Notes under the pieces: model-generated | Database searches by the model: none | The model's input: only the letters and a program-made list of their open reading frames with translations | What the model was told of the DNA's origin: nothing | Shown here: in pieces, positions 24,516-24,651 of the stretch | How positions within the stretch are numbered: position 1 is the stretch's first letter | How the letters are laid out: each line of letters begins with the position of its first letter | Program-made: the position numbers and the translations under genes | NCBI GenBank assembly: GCA_046293555.1 | Contig: JBKBOT010000008.1 | Location: 1 to 24,651 of the forward strand | Reading direction: 5' to 3' | Source: Pyrobaculum sp. | GTDB taxonomy: Archaea; Thermoproteota; Thermoprotei; Thermoproteales; Thermoproteaceae | DNA length: 24,651 nt

Positions 24516-24651
24516 GTGGGCACTTGTAAGATATGTAGGACGTCTGGCGTCTTGATATCAGACAGGTTGGGCGTCTGTGTGAACTGCCTCAGGAGGCGCC
24601 CCAAACAAGCCCTCAGGGTGGCCGCAGAGGCGCATAGGCTGAGCCGCGCCC
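24516..24651 (+). CDS. 5' part of a protein with an N-terminal CxxC...CxxC motif, probably an archaeal PflA-like radical SAM protein
   Basis: GTG start gives MGTCKICRTSGVLISDRLGVCVNCLRRRPKQALRVAAEAHRLSRA, open to the window end. The family is recalled from this N-terminus only. Confidence 0.6.
   Translation, partial: MGTCKICRTSGVLISDRLGVCVNCLRRRPKQALRVAAEAHRLSRA

Noticed and set aside
1-24651. CRISPR array, IS element or tRNA-integrated element
   Set aside because: No regularly spaced repeats and no transposase or integrase. The two tRNA-Arg genes are complete, in opposite orientation and flank housekeeping genes, so they are not att sites.

Overview
Gene-dense archaeal window. A Thermoproteales/Pyrobaculum-like origin is inferred from ribosomal protein S30e, tRNAs with non-canonical bulge-helix-bulge (BHB) introns, TATA boxes about 26-29 nt before start codons, and AGG/ATA-rich codon use. 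In order it holds: a partial coiled-coil ORF, short NfeD, a Clp1-type RNA kinase, tRNA-Arg(GCG) with an intron, glnA, sod, a FecCD/BtuCDF-type ABC transporter, an M16 peptidase, bifunctional NAD(P)HX repair enzyme, tRNA-Arg(TCT) with an intron and a triple-frameshifted Rieske pseudogene. Next comes a de novo purine cluster (purC, purD, Cys-less purF paralogue, purN, folD, purM, purQ, purS, purL, purF). It is followed by an NAD locus (nadA plus a nadC-aspartate dehydrogenase fusion) divergent from a degenerate NAD-kinase/winged-HTH fusion, two paralogous ferredoxins flanking rps30e, and the start of a probable radical SAM gene. The best candidate for a new system is the NAD-kinase-fold/wHTH protein as an NAD(P)-sensing regulator of the adjacent NAD operon. 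No mobile element or CRISPR array was seen. All assignments come from motif recognition by eye; no searches were run.
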